A stretch of DNA of 64,000 nt from Escherichia phage phiAPCEc03. The DNA is taken from the sequence record NC_047754.1, one strand, 5' to 3'. The notes under the pieces were generated by a model. That model had not been told where the DNA came from. It did no database searches and worked only from the letters and a program-made list of their open reading frames with translations. The translations under genes were made by a program, and so were the position numbers. Positions 9,518-18,930 of the stretch are shown piece by piece (position 1 is the first letter of the stretch; each line of letters begins with the position of its first letter).

Positions 9518-10030
9518 ATGCAAATAATCACAGCTGAAGATTATAGATTATATGGCGGGTTAAAACGACCTGAACTAGAATCTGGAGTAGAGATGATGAT
9601 TACTGCTGCCAATGCGCTGATTACTAGCCTTTTAGGTATGGATGATGCTGATGCGGTAGACCAGTTAATCAATACAAAACCTACTCGTAAAAAATACTTT
9701 TTAAGTTCTCCCTCAGCTACTTCAGTAACCAAAATGACTATTAATGATAAGGAGATAGATCCCGAACAGTATAAGTTGTACTCTGATGGGGTTATACTTC
9801 TTAAATTTAATCCTCCGGAAGGTTATATGGATGTAGAGTACACACAAGGTGGATTTAATCCAATACCTGAGGATCTCAAACTTGCAGCATGTATGCTAGT
9901 AGATCATTGGCATAAACAGGATTACCGTCAAGCTAAAACAATTGGTGGAGAAACAGTTACTTTTAATAATACTAAGTCTGGTATTCCAGAGCATATTCGT
10001 ACTATTATTGAAGTTTACAGGAGAGTATAA
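9518..10030 (+). CDS. putative head completion / head-tail adaptor protein
   Basis: 170 aa; position immediately after capsid gene in T5-like order. Confidence 0.5.
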   Translation: MQIITAEDYRLYGGLKRPELESGVEMMITAANALITSLLGMDDADAVDQLINTKPTRKKYFLSSPSATSVTKMTINDKEIDPEQYKLYSDGVILLKFNPPEGYMDVEYTQGGFNPIPEDLKLAACMLVDHWHKQDYRQAKTIGGETVTFNNTKSGIPEHIRTIIEVYRRV

Positions 10031-10797
10031 TGTCTCTTTCTGATTTAGCTACACAAATTATTAAGGAGCAACTAGATACTGTCGGACGTTCCGAGAACAA
10101 TAAAAATACTGTTGTATACTCTGTTGAAACAGGATTAAAAGATCCTACTAGGGACGGTACTGTTGCTCAAGTATCTTTTAAGTTTTCAAAACCTGTATCA
10201 CAAGATCTTCTTAATATTAGAACCGCTTCTATATTAAAAGCTGTATCCTCTAGTTTAGATCTTTCTGGAGATTTAGGTGCTCTAGAGAACTTAATACAAG
10301 CAACCGCTGGTAAAAAATCCTCAGTAGGTAAAAAACGTTCTACTGGTAGAGTGCAGGTAAATTTTGGGGATCCTAGAGACGTAGAAGATGGATATTCTGG
10401 TGCAGTAACAGGTGCTTCAGGACGTTTTGTATCAAATAGCAATATGAAGGTTATTCTGGAGTTGGTTGCTAAAGAATACTTAATAAAGGATATGAAAAAA
10501 GCAGGAGCGCCATTAAAATTTAGAACTGGTCGCTTTGCAAACTCTTTAAAAATTAAAGATGTTATGCTTAGAGACGCAGAGACTAGTAAAGGTGCCCCAG
10601 AACTAAACGTAACATATAACTATATGACTCGTCCATATTCTGTATTCAACCCCGCAGTATCTACATACAGAAGATTATCTCTACGACCTTATCCTGGCGC
10701 TAGAAACCCACAAAAACTTATTGGTGAGGCTATAGCAAAAGCTGCAAGAGACCTGATTCACTCCAGATATAAAATTAAGGTTAATCAAGGAACCTAA
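10030..10797 (+). CDS. putative neck / head-tail connector protein
   Basis: 255 aa; synteny between head completion and tail terminator genes. Confidence 0.45.
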   Translation: MSLSDLATQIIKEQLDTVGRSENNKNTVVYSVETGLKDPTRDGTVAQVSFKFSKPVSQDLLNIRTASILKAVSSSLDLSGDLGALENLIQATAGKKSSVGKKRSTGRVQVNFGDPRDVEDGYSGAVTGASGRFVSNSNMKVILELVAKEYLIKDMKKAGAPLKFRTGRFANSLKIKDVMLRDAETSKGAPELNVTYNYMTRPYSVFNPAVSTYRRLSLRPYPGARNPQKLIGEAIAKAARDLIHSRYKIKVNQGT

Positions 10798-10800
10798 TAA

Positions 10801-11286
10801 ATGGACCATAGAACAAGTATTGCACAAGCTATGGTTGACCGAATCTCTAAACAAATGGATGGTTCTCAACCTGACGAATATTTTAATAACCTATACGGAA
10901 ACGTTTCTCGTCAAACTTATAAATTTGAGGAAATACGAGAGTTTCCTTATGTGGCAGTTCATATCGGAACTGAAACTGGGCAGTATCTTCCTTCGGGCCA
11001 ACAGTGGATGTTTTTAGAACTTCCAATCCTGGTGTACGATAAAGAGAAAACAGACATTCAAGAGCAACTTGAAAAACTCGTAGCGGATATAAAAACCGTT
11101 ATTGACACAGGTGGAAATTTAGAATATACTGTTAGTAAACCTAATGGATCGACCTTCCCATGTGAGGCAACTGATATGATCATTACATCAGTTAGTACAG
11201 ATGAGGGTCTACTGGCCCCATATGGTTTAGCAGAAATAAATGTAACAGTGAGGTATCAGCCTCCACGTAGGTCACTTCGCAGATAA
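10801..11286 (+). CDS. putative tail terminator / tail completion protein (T5 p142-like)
   Basis: 161 aa, immediately upstream of tail tube gene. Confidence 0.5.
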   Translation: MDHRTSIAQAMVDRISKQMDGSQPDEYFNNLYGNVSRQTYKFEEIREFPYVAVHIGTETGQYLPSGQQWMFLELPILVYDKEKTDIQEQLEKLVADIKTVIDTGGNLEYTVSKPNGSTFPCEATDMIITSVSTDEGLLAPYGLAEINVTVRYQPPRRSLRR

Positions 11287-11312
11287 GTTACAGATTAGGA
11301 GAAAATAATTAA

Positions 11313-12707
11313 ATGTCTTTACAACTATTACGTAATACTCGAATCTTCGTGTCTACGGTTAAGACCGGTCACAATAAGACCAACACGCAAGAGATTCTAG
11401 TTCAGGATGATATTTCTTGGGGTCAGGACAGTAACTCAACAGATATTACTGTTAATGAAGCTGGTCCGCGTCCAACTCGTGGTTCTAAACGTTTTAATGA
11501 CTCTTTAAACGCAGCTGAGTGGAGTTTCTCTACTTATATCCTGCCGTATAAAGATAAAAATACTAACAAACAAATTGTTCCTGACTATATGTTATGGCAT
11601 GCACTTTCTAGTGGTAAAGCCCTTAACCTGGAAGGTGATACAGGGGCACACAATAACGAAGCTAACTTTATGGTTAACTTCAAAGATAACTCCTATCATG
11701 AGTTAGCAATGTTACATATTTATATTCTGACTGATAAAGCATGGAGTTATATCGATTCCTGTCAGATTAATCAGGCAGAAGTTAACGTTGATATCGAAGA
11801 TATTGGCCGTGTAACTTGGTCTGGTAATGGTAATCAGCTTATTCCTCTGGATAAGCAACCATTTGACCCAGATAAATTAGGTATTGATGATGAAACTTAT
11901 ATGACTATCCAGAGTTCTTATATTAAGAACAAACTTACTATCCTGAAAATTAAGGATATGGATTCTGGTAAAGCATATGATATTCCTATTACTGGTGGTA
12001 CTTTCACTATTAATAACAACATCACGTACCTAACCCCGAATATTATGTCCCGTGTAAATATTCCGATCGGTTCATTTACTGGTGCATTTGAACTAACTGG
12101 TTCATTAACTGCTTATCTGAATGATAAATTTCTTGGTTCTATGGAGCTGTACAAAGATCTTATCAAAACTCTGAAGGTAGTTAACCGCTTCGAAATTGCT
12201 CTAGTACTTGGTGGTGAATACAAGGAAGAACGTCCTGCGGCTATTCTGGTAGCTAAACAAGCACACGTTAATATTCCTACTATTGAAACTGATGATGTAC
12301 TTGGTACTTCAGTAGAGTTTAAAGCTATTCCATCTGATCTGGATGCTGGTGATGAAGGTTACTTAGGCTTCTCTAGTAAATATACCAAAACAACTATTAA
12401 TAACTTGATTGTTAATGGTGATGGTGCTACTAATGCTGTAACCGCAATTACTGTTAAATCTGCTGGTGATGCTACTACAGTAAACAACTCGGCTACTCTT
12501 CAAATGAGTGTTGAAGTTACTCCTTCTCCCGCAAAGAATAAGGAAGTTACTTGGGCTATCACTGCCGGTGATGCAGCTACTATCAGTGCAACCGGACTGT
12601 TGACAGCAGATGCTAGTAAAACTGGTGCAGTTACTGTGAAAGCTACTGCTAAAGATGGTTCTGGAGTTAAAGGTACTAAACAGATTACTGTAACAGCAGG
12701 TGGCTAA
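11313..12707 (+). CDS. major tail tube protein with C-terminal Ig-like domain (T5 pb6-like)
   Basis: 464 aa (same as T5 pb6); C-terminal ~90 aa Ig-like (Big_2-type) segment VTAITVKSAGDATTVNNSATLQMSVEVTPSPAKNKEVTWAI...; high-expression codon usage. Confidence 0.8.
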   Translation: MSLQLLRNTRIFVSTVKTGHNKTNTQEILVQDDISWGQDSNSTDITVNEAGPRPTRGSKRFNDSLNAAEWSFSTYILPYKDKNTNKQIVPDYMLWHALSSGKALNLEGDTGAHNNEANFMVNFKDNSYHELAMLHIYILTDKAWSYIDSCQINQAEVNVDIEDIGRVTWSGNGNQLIPLDKQPFDPDKLGIDDETYMTIQSSYIKNKLTILKIKDMDSGKAYDIPITGGTFTINNNITYLTPNIMSRVNIPIGSFTGAFELTGSLTAYLNDKFLGSMELYKDLIKTLKVVNRFEIALVLGGEYKEERPAAILVAKQAHVNIPTIETDDVLGTSVEFKAIPSDLDAGDEGYLGFSSKYTKTTINNLIVNGDGATNAVTAITVKSAGDATTVNNSATLQMSVEVTPSPAKNKEVTWAITAGDAATISATGLLTADASKTGAVTVKATAKDGSGVKGTKQITVTAGG

Positions 12708-12711
12708 TTAA

Positions 12712-13611
12712 ATGTACTACTCTCTAATGAGAGAGTCAAAAGTTATAGTTGAGTATGATGGTAGGGCATTTCATTTTGATGCCCTATCAAACTATGATAT
12801 ACAGACTTCCTACGAGGAATTCAAGACTCTTCGTAGGACTGTTCATCGTAGAACTAACTATGCAGACTCTATTATAAATGCTCAAACTCCCTCTTCTATC
12901 TCTCTAGCAGTAAATTTCAGCAATACTCTTACTGAGGCTAACTTCTTTGAATGGTTAGGTTTTGATAGAAAAGGTAATACTTTCTTACTCCCACTATATA
13001 GTAATAATATTGAACCTATTATGTTCAATATCTATATAGTAAACAAAGATAATAACTGTGTATATTTTGAAAACTGCTATGTATCTACAGTAGATTTTTC
13101 TTTAGATAAGAATATACCAATTCTTAATGTTGGTATTGAGTCTGGGAAATTCTCAGAAGTATCTACCTATAGAGAAGCCGCTTCTATTATACAGGGTGAA
13201 GTAATGTCTTACAGCCCAGTAATAGCTTCTACTAATGGCAGCATCTTACCCGGTCTTATTTCTGCCTCTTTATCTTTCCAACAGCAGTGCTCCTGGAGAG
13301 AGGATAAGAGTGTTTTTGATATAAATAAAATTTATAATAATAAAAGAGCCTATGTAACTGAAATGAATGCTTCGGCAACCCTTTCTCTGTATTACTTAAA
13401 ACGTTTTGCAGGAGATATGGTTTATAATATAGAACCGGAGATAGATGTACCTTTAACGATAAGAAATAATAATATTTCTATAGATTTTCCTTCAGCACGT
13501 ATTACAAAACGCCTAGATTTCTCAGATGTGTATAGAGTTGAGTGGGATATTATACCTACTGCCTCCTCAGACCCAGTGAGAATAGATTTCTTTGGAGAAA
13601 TTAAAAAATGA
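12712..13611 (+). CDS. tail collar/minor tail protein (T5 p140-like)
   Basis: 299 aa; position between tail tube and chaperone genes. Confidence 0.45.
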   Translation: MYYSLMRESKVIVEYDGRAFHFDALSNYDIQTSYEEFKTLRRTVHRRTNYADSIINAQTPSSISLAVNFSNTLTEANFFEWLGFDRKGNTFLLPLYSNNIEPIMFNIYIVNKDNNCVYFENCYVSTVDFSLDKNIPILNVGIESGKFSEVSTYREAASIIQGEVMSYSPVIASTNGSILPGLISASLSFQQQCSWREDKSVFDINKIYNNKRAYVTEMNASATLSLYYLKRFAGDMVYNIEPEIDVPLTIRNNNISIDFPSARITKRLDFSDVYRVEWDIIPTASSDPVRIDFFGEIKK

Positions 13612-14012
13612 TTAATTTAAAAGATATTACTCTTGATACTCGTACTATTACTCTTTCCTACCCAGGTATGCCGAACTTTAAACTAGAACTTAACTATATG
13701 TCTCGTGCTACCTCTAAACGTGTTATTTCTTCTGCTAAACGCGATGAATGGGTTAACGGTACTTTGGTTCAGGTACAGGATGATGATAAGTTCATTGAAG
13801 CCTTCGTTGATGCTGCGATTAAAGGTTGGACTGGTTTGACTGTTGGTGACGTTGAAAAACTGATGCTGATTGAAACAGATGCTGATCCTGAGACTGAAGT
13901 TCCTTTTAGTCGCGATAATGCTGTAATGCTTATGCAGAACTCTTCTGCGTTTGATTCCTGGATCAACCAGACAGTGTTCCACTTAGACACTTTTCGTAGC
14001 TCAAAAGCGTAA
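13608..14012 (+). CDS. putative tail assembly chaperone
   Basis: 134 aa acidic protein directly upstream of tape measure gene; canonical chaperone position. Confidence 0.5.
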   Translation: MINLKDITLDTRTITLSYPGMPNFKLELNYMSRATSKRVISSAKRDEWVNGTLVQVQDDDKFIEAFVDAAIKGWTGLTVGDVEKLMLIETDADPETEVPFSRDNAVMLMQNSSAFDSWINQTVFHLDTFRSSKA

Positions 14013-14073
14013 AGAGTTACTAGATGCTGTTGCTGATTTTGCAGACAAATGTATTAAAAGCTCAGCATCTAAA

Positions 14074-14442
14074 ATGACTAAACAACAATATTTAATACTT
14101 TGCGAGTCAATGGGTATAGAGCCTGATCCTAAGGCTATGCCCGTTGAACTTGAGGATTTTCCACCTATTGTAGCTATTAGTATGAATATTTATAATAGTC
14201 TAGTTGACTGTTTCATACCTGGTGACTTCCCTATCTTTATAGGTAAAGACAAAGCTGCTTTAGGTGTTTTATTTGATATTTATGGGATTACTGATCCTAT
14301 AGAAAAAGAATTTGTTCTACACATTATCAATATATTTGATGCTAAAGCTGTAGACGCTGCACGTAAACGTGCTGAGAAGCATAAGCCGCAAAACGGTAGA
14401 ATACCTAACGTTAAGCCGCACGCCAGATCTCGAGCACGGTAA
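14074..14442 (+). CDS. putative tail assembly chaperone, second component (possible frameshift extension)
   Basis: 122 aa; reading frame (+1 relative to upstream ORF) is open back to 13987, overlapping the upstream ORF end by 26 nt. Confidence 0.4.
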   Translation: MTKQQYLILCESMGIEPDPKAMPVELEDFPPIVAISMNIYNSLVDCFIPGDFPIFIGKDKAALGVLFDIYGITDPIEKEFVLHIINIFDAKAVDAARKRAEKHKPQNGRIPNVKPHARSRAR

Positions 14443-14467
14443 AAGTTTCCTCCAATGGGCGTTCCAC

Positions 14468-14500
14468 GATGAGGCTTGGCTCTGGGTGATTTGCCCAGAG
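14468..14500 (+). terminator. intrinsic terminator before tape measure gene
   Basis: Hairpin GGCTCTGGG-tgatttg-CCCAGAGCC followed by TTTTTTATT. Confidence 0.7.
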
Positions 14501-14525
14501 CCTTTTTTATTGGGAAAAATAAAAT

Positions 14526-17500
14526 ATGACTGATAAGCTAATACGAGAATTACTAATAGACGTTAAACAGAAGGGGGCAACCCGTACTGCAAAGTCTATT
14601 GAAAACGTATCTGATGCATTAGAAAATGCTGCTGCTGCTTCCGAACTGACAAATGAACAGTTAGGTAAAATGCCCAAAACTCTATATTCCATTGAGAGGG
14701 CAGCAGATAGAGCAGCGAAAAGTCTTACTAAAATGCAAGCTAGCAGAGGTATGCTTAGTATTACTAAATCTATTAATGATATAGGAGCTAAGTTAGATGA
14801 TCTCGCTATTACAATGATTGAAGTAGCAGATAAATTAGAAGTCGGATTTGATGGAGTTTCTAGATCTGTTAAAACAATGGGCAATGATGTTGCAGCTGCA
14901 ACAGAGAAGGTTCAAGATAGGTTATATGATACTAATAGGGCTTTAGGAGGTACGGCTAAAGGCTTTAATGATACTACTGGTGCTGCTGGTAGAGCTTCTA
15001 GAGCTATTGGTAATACTTCTGGTTCAGCACGTGGTGCAACTCGTGATTTTGCAGCAATGGCTAAAATTGGTGGTAGTTTACCTATTATGTACGCAGCTCT
15101 TGCTTCCAATATCTTCGTTCTGCAATCCGCGTTCGAACAACTTAAACTAGGTGATCAGTTAAATCGTCTAGAAAAATTTGGTGTTATAGTAGGTACTCAG
15201 ACTGGTACTCCTGTTCAGTCTCTTGCTAGATCACTACAAGAAGCTGCCGGGTATGCTATCTCCTTTGAAGAAGCAATGAGACAAGCATCCTCAGCGTCCG
15301 CTTATGGCTTTGATGCCGAACAACTTAATAAATTTGGTTTAGTAGCTCGTCGTGCTGCTGCTGTTCTTGGTGTTGATATGACTGATGCACTTAACCGTGT
15401 AATTAGGGGCGTATCTAAACAAGAAATCGAACTTCTGGATGAACTTGGTGTCACCATCCGTCTTAATGACGCATACGCTGATTATGTTAAACAGTTAAAT
15501 GCTGCAAACACAGGTATAACATATAATGTTAATAGTCTTACCACTTTCCAGAAACAACAAGCATACGCTAACGCGGTAATTGCTGAATCTACTAAGCGGT
15601 TTGGCTACCTAGATGAAGTACTACGTGCAACTCCATGGGAGCAATTTGCTGCTAATGCAGATGCTGCACTAAGAAAAATACAACAAGCTGCTGCTAAGTA
15701 TTTAGGGCCAGTAATTGATGCTATCAACACAGTATTTTATACATCTCAGGCTTCTATATCTGCTGAGGCAGCTAGAGCTCAAGAAAAAACTAATAGACAG
15801 ATAGACCCTACCAACGTTGGTGCTGTTGCTTTAAGTTTAGCTGCTTCTGAAGAAGGCTATAATAAAGCTCTAGATATGTATAAGGAATCTCTTGATAAGC
15901 GTAATAAGCTAAAATCTGAGTTCGATAAACGAATGGAACAAGCAGATTTCTATACAAAACTAGCTATACGTCAAGTTGGTGAAGGTATTCCTGTTGGTCT
16001 TGCAGCAGCAGGTGCTTCGGAGGCCAATAAGCAATTTGTAGCAGAAACTGCAGCTATGGGTTTACAAGTAACTAGACTTGGTAAAGAAGTAGAGGATTCT
16101 ACTGAAAACCTCAATGCTTGGAAATCAGCGTATCAAGCTGCTGGAGCTGCTGCTGCAAAAGCTAACCCCGAGTTTCAGAAGCAAATTAATCTACAGAGAG
16201 ATACTACTGATCCTGATGCTGTATACGATTTTAACTCTACTGTATTAAAAGGACTAACTGAGCAGCAGAAAGCGTACAATCAGACTAAGAAAACTGCTAG
16301 TGACTTAGCTAATGATATACAGAACGTTGCTCAGAATACAGATACTGCTGCTAAAACTAGTACTACGTTAGCAGATGCTATAAAAAACATAGAATCTCTA
16401 TCTCTAGGTACGGGTAAAAGTGCAGATGAGTATGTTAAAAATCTTAATTTAGGCTATAATACGTTATCTGAGATGAAAACTGCTTCTCAGGCCTTGTCCG
16501 AGTATGTTAAACTAACTGGTAATGAAACTAAAAATCAGTTAGCAGTTCAACAGAAAATAGCCGATGTGTATAATCAAACTAAGGATAAGGAAAAGGCTCA
16601 GGAAGCTGGTAGACGTTTAGAGTTGCAACAGTTAGAAGAGCAAGAAGCTGCTTTACGCCGTGTTCTTCAAACAAACCAGGGAAATAAAGCTGTTGAGAAA
16701 GAAATTGAAAAAATTCAGCTGGAGAAACTTAAACTTACCAATCAGGGTATGGAGGCCCAGAAGAAGATTAAGGATTATACAGATAAAATCCTGGGTGTAG
16801 ATCGTGAGATAGCTCTTCTGAATGACCGCACTATGACTACTACTCAATATAGATTAGCTCAGCTAAAACTAGAACTAACTATAGAGAAAGAGAAGTACGA
16901 ATGGTATACAAAACAAGCGGACAAACAGAAAGAGGCAGAACAGTCTAGACGTGCTCAAGCACAAATAAGCAGAGAAATATGGGAAGCGGAGAAACAGGCA
17001 ACTGCCTCACATGTATCAGCTCTCATGGATGCGCTAGAGGTCAGCCAAACGCAGAGGAATGTTACTGGTCAATCTCAAATTCTTACTGAAAGATTATCCA
17101 TTCTGCAGCAACAGCTGGAGCTGTCTAAGGGCAATACTGAGGAAGAAATTAAATATCGTAATGAGATTTATAAAACTTCGGCGGCCTTAGAGCAGCTTAG
17201 AAAACAGAGAGATATCCAGATGCAGCAACAGGTGGGATCTTCTGTAGGTGCTGTATATACTCCTACAACTGGACTATCTGGGGAGGATAAAGATTTTGCT
17301 GATATGCAAAATAGAATGGCTTCTTATGATCAGGCAATCTCTAAACTATCTGAATTAAATTCTGAAGCAACCGCTGTGGCTCAAAGTATGGGTAACTTAA
17401 CTAACGCTATGATTCAGTTCTCTCAGGGATCCCTAGATACTACCTCCTTGATTGCTTCTGGCATGCAAACTGTATCTTCTATGATTCAGTATAGTACTAG

Positions 17501-18206
17501 TCAACAGGTTAGTGCAATTGATCAGGCTATTGCAGCAGAACAGAAACGTGATGGTAAATCAGAAGCATCTAAAGCTAAGTTGAAGAAGTTGGAAGCTGAA
17601 AAGCTGAAGATTCAACAAGACGCAGCTAAGAAGCAGATTATCATCCAAACTGCAGTAGCTGTAATGCAAGCGGCAACAGCTGTACCATACCCGTTCTCTA
17701 TTCCTTTAATGGTTGCGGCAGGTTTAGCGGGTGCATTGGCGTTAGCACAAGCATCTTCTGCATCTGGTATGTCAAGTATTGCTGATTCTGGGGCGGATAC
17801 AACTAGTTACTTAACCTTAGGAGAGCGTCAGAAGAATATAGATGTGTCCATGTCTGCTAATGCAGGTGAACTATCTTATATTCGTGGCGATCAAGGTATA
17901 GGTAGTGCCAACTCTTTCGTTCCTCGTGCTGAGGGTGGTAATATGTATCCAGGGGTTAGCTATCAAATGGGTGAGCATGGTACAGAAGTAGTTACCCCTA
18001 TGGTTCCTATGAAAGCTACACCTAATGATGAGCTAAAAACCTCGTCTAACTCAACTTCAGGAAGACCTATCATCCTGAATATTAGTGCTATGGATGCTGC
18101 AAGTTTTAGAGAGTTTGCTTCTAGTAATAGTGGTGCTCTAAGAGACGCGGTAGAATTAGCTCTGAATGAGAACGGTGCTAGTCTGAAAACATTAGGAAAT
18201 TCTTAA
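14526..18206 (+). CDS. tape measure protein (T5 pb2-like)
   Basis: 1226 aa, largely alpha-helical/coiled-coil (A/Q/E/K rich); hydrophobic stretch near C-terminus (AVAVMQAATAVPYPFSIPLMVAAGLAGALALA); position before distal tail protein. Confidence 0.9.
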   Translation: MTDKLIRELLIDVKQKGATRTAKSIENVSDALENAAAASELTNEQLGKMPKTLYSIERAADRAAKSLTKMQASRGMLSITKSINDIGAKLDDLAITMIEVADKLEVGFDGVSRSVKTMGNDVAAATEKVQDRLYDTNRALGGTAKGFNDTTGAAGRASRAIGNTSGSARGATRDFAAMAKIGGSLPIMYAALASNIFVLQSAFEQLKLGDQLNRLEKFGVIVGTQTGTPVQSLARSLQEAAGYAISFEEAMRQASSASAYGFDAEQLNKFGLVARRAAAVLGVDMTDALNRVIRGVSKQEIELLDELGVTIRLNDAYADYVKQLNAANTGITYNVNSLTTFQKQQAYANAVIAESTKRFGYLDEVLRATPWEQFAANADAALRKIQQAAAKYLGPVIDAINTVFYTSQASISAEAARAQEKTNRQIDPTNVGAVALSLAASEEGYNKALDMYKESLDKRNKLKSEFDKRMEQADFYTKLAIRQVGEGIPVGLAAAGASEANKQFVAETAAMGLQVTRLGKEVEDSTENLNAWKSAYQAAGAAAAKANPEFQKQINLQRDTTDPDAVYDFNSTVLKGLTEQQKAYNQTKKTASDLANDIQNVAQNTDTAAKTSTTLADAIKNIESLSLGTGKSADEYVKNLNLGYNTLSEMKTASQALSEYVKLTGNETKNQLAVQQKIADVYNQTKDKEKAQEAGRRLELQQLEEQEAALRRVLQTNQGNKAVEKEIEKIQLEKLKLTNQGMEAQKKIKDYTDKILGVDREIALLNDRTMTTTQYRLAQLKLELTIEKEKYEWYTKQADKQKEAEQSRRAQAQISREIWEAEKQATASHVSALMDALEVSQTQRNVTGQSQILTERLSILQQQLELSKGNTEEEIKYRNEIYKTSAALEQLRKQRDIQMQQQVGSSVGAVYTPTTGLSGEDKDFADMQNRMASYDQAISKLSELNSEATAVAQSMGNLTNAMIQFSQGSLDTTSLIASGMQTVSSMIQYSTSQQVSAIDQAIAAEQKRDGKSEASKAKLKKLEAEKLKIQQDAAKKQIIIQTAVAVMQAATAVPYPFSIPLMVAAGLAGALALAQASSASGMSSIADSGADTTSYLTLGERQKNIDVSMSANAGELSYIRGDQGIGSANSFVPRAEGGNMYPGVSYQMGEHGTEVVTPMVPMKATPNDELKTSSNSTSGRPIILNISAMDAASFREFASSNSGALRDAVELALNENGASLKTLGNS

Positions 18207-18210
18207 AACT

Positions 18211-18240
18211 GGAGGAGGACTTTGAGTCCTCCTTTTCTTT
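18211..18240 (+). terminator. intrinsic terminator after tape measure gene
   Basis: Hairpin GGAGGAC-tttga-GTCCTCC followed by TTTTCTTT. Confidence 0.65.
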
Positions 18241-18259
18241 ATGGAAAAATAAAAATTTC

Positions 18260-18288
18260 TTGATAAAATTTTCTAATACTATTATAAT
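18260..18288 (+). promoter_or_regulatory. sigma70-like promoter upstream of baseplate genes (-35 TTGATA, 17 nt, -10 TATAAT)
   Basis: TTGATA-aaattttctaatactat-TATAAT about 30 nt upstream of the 18316 start; SD AAGAGGAG. Confidence 0.5.
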
Positions 18289-18315
18289 AATTGTATCTAA
18301 GAGGAGAAATTAACT

Positions 18316-18930
18316 ATGAGATTACCAGACCCATACACGAATCCAGAACTTTCAGGATTAGGATTCGAAAGTGTTAACCTGATTGATAATGACCCAGTAA
18401 TTCGTGATGAGTTACCAAATGGTAAAGTTAACGAAGTTAAGGTATCTGCTCAATACTGGGGTATAAATATTTCTTATCCAGAATTATTTCCAGATGAATA
18501 TAATGTTCTAGATGCTTTTATTCTAGAATACAAAAGGACTGGTAGTTATATAGATGTTATATTACCCCAATACGAAGCTTTTAGAGTTAGAGGTAATACT
18601 AACTTAGTAAATATACCAGCAGGACAAAAAGGTTCCAATATTACTATGGATACAAAAGGTGTTCTTACCGGTATCCCTAAACCAGGTGATTTATTTAAAT
18701 TATCCAATCACCCAAAAGTTTATAAAATAACATCATTTAATAGATCTGGTAATTCATGGTCTATTAACGTATACCCTGATTTATTTGTAACGACTACTGG
18801 AGCTGAAAAACCAGTATTTAATGGGATACTGTTTAGAACAAAACTCATGAATGGTGATGCTTTCGGATCTACATTAAATAATAACGGAACGTATTCCGGC
18901 ATCTCATTAAATTTACGGGAAAGTTTATGA
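18316..18930 (+). CDS. distal tail protein (T5 pb9-like)
   Basis: 204 aa (same as T5 pb9); directly after tape measure gene. Confidence 0.65.
   Translation: MRLPDPYTNPELSGLGFESVNLIDNDPVIRDELPNGKVNEVKVSAQYWGINISYPELFPDEYNVLDAFILEYKRTGSYIDVILPQYEAFRVRGNTNLVNIPAGQKGSNITMDTKGVLTGIPKPGDLFKLSNHPKVYKITSFNRSGNSWSINVYPDLFVTTTGAEKPVFNGILFRTKLMNGDAFGSTLNNNGTYSGISLNLRESL

Noticed and set aside
14507-14884. 125 aa minus-strand ORF overlapping the start of the tape measure gene
   Set aside because: Antisense to the tape measure gene in a late-strand operon with no minus-strand promoter nearby.
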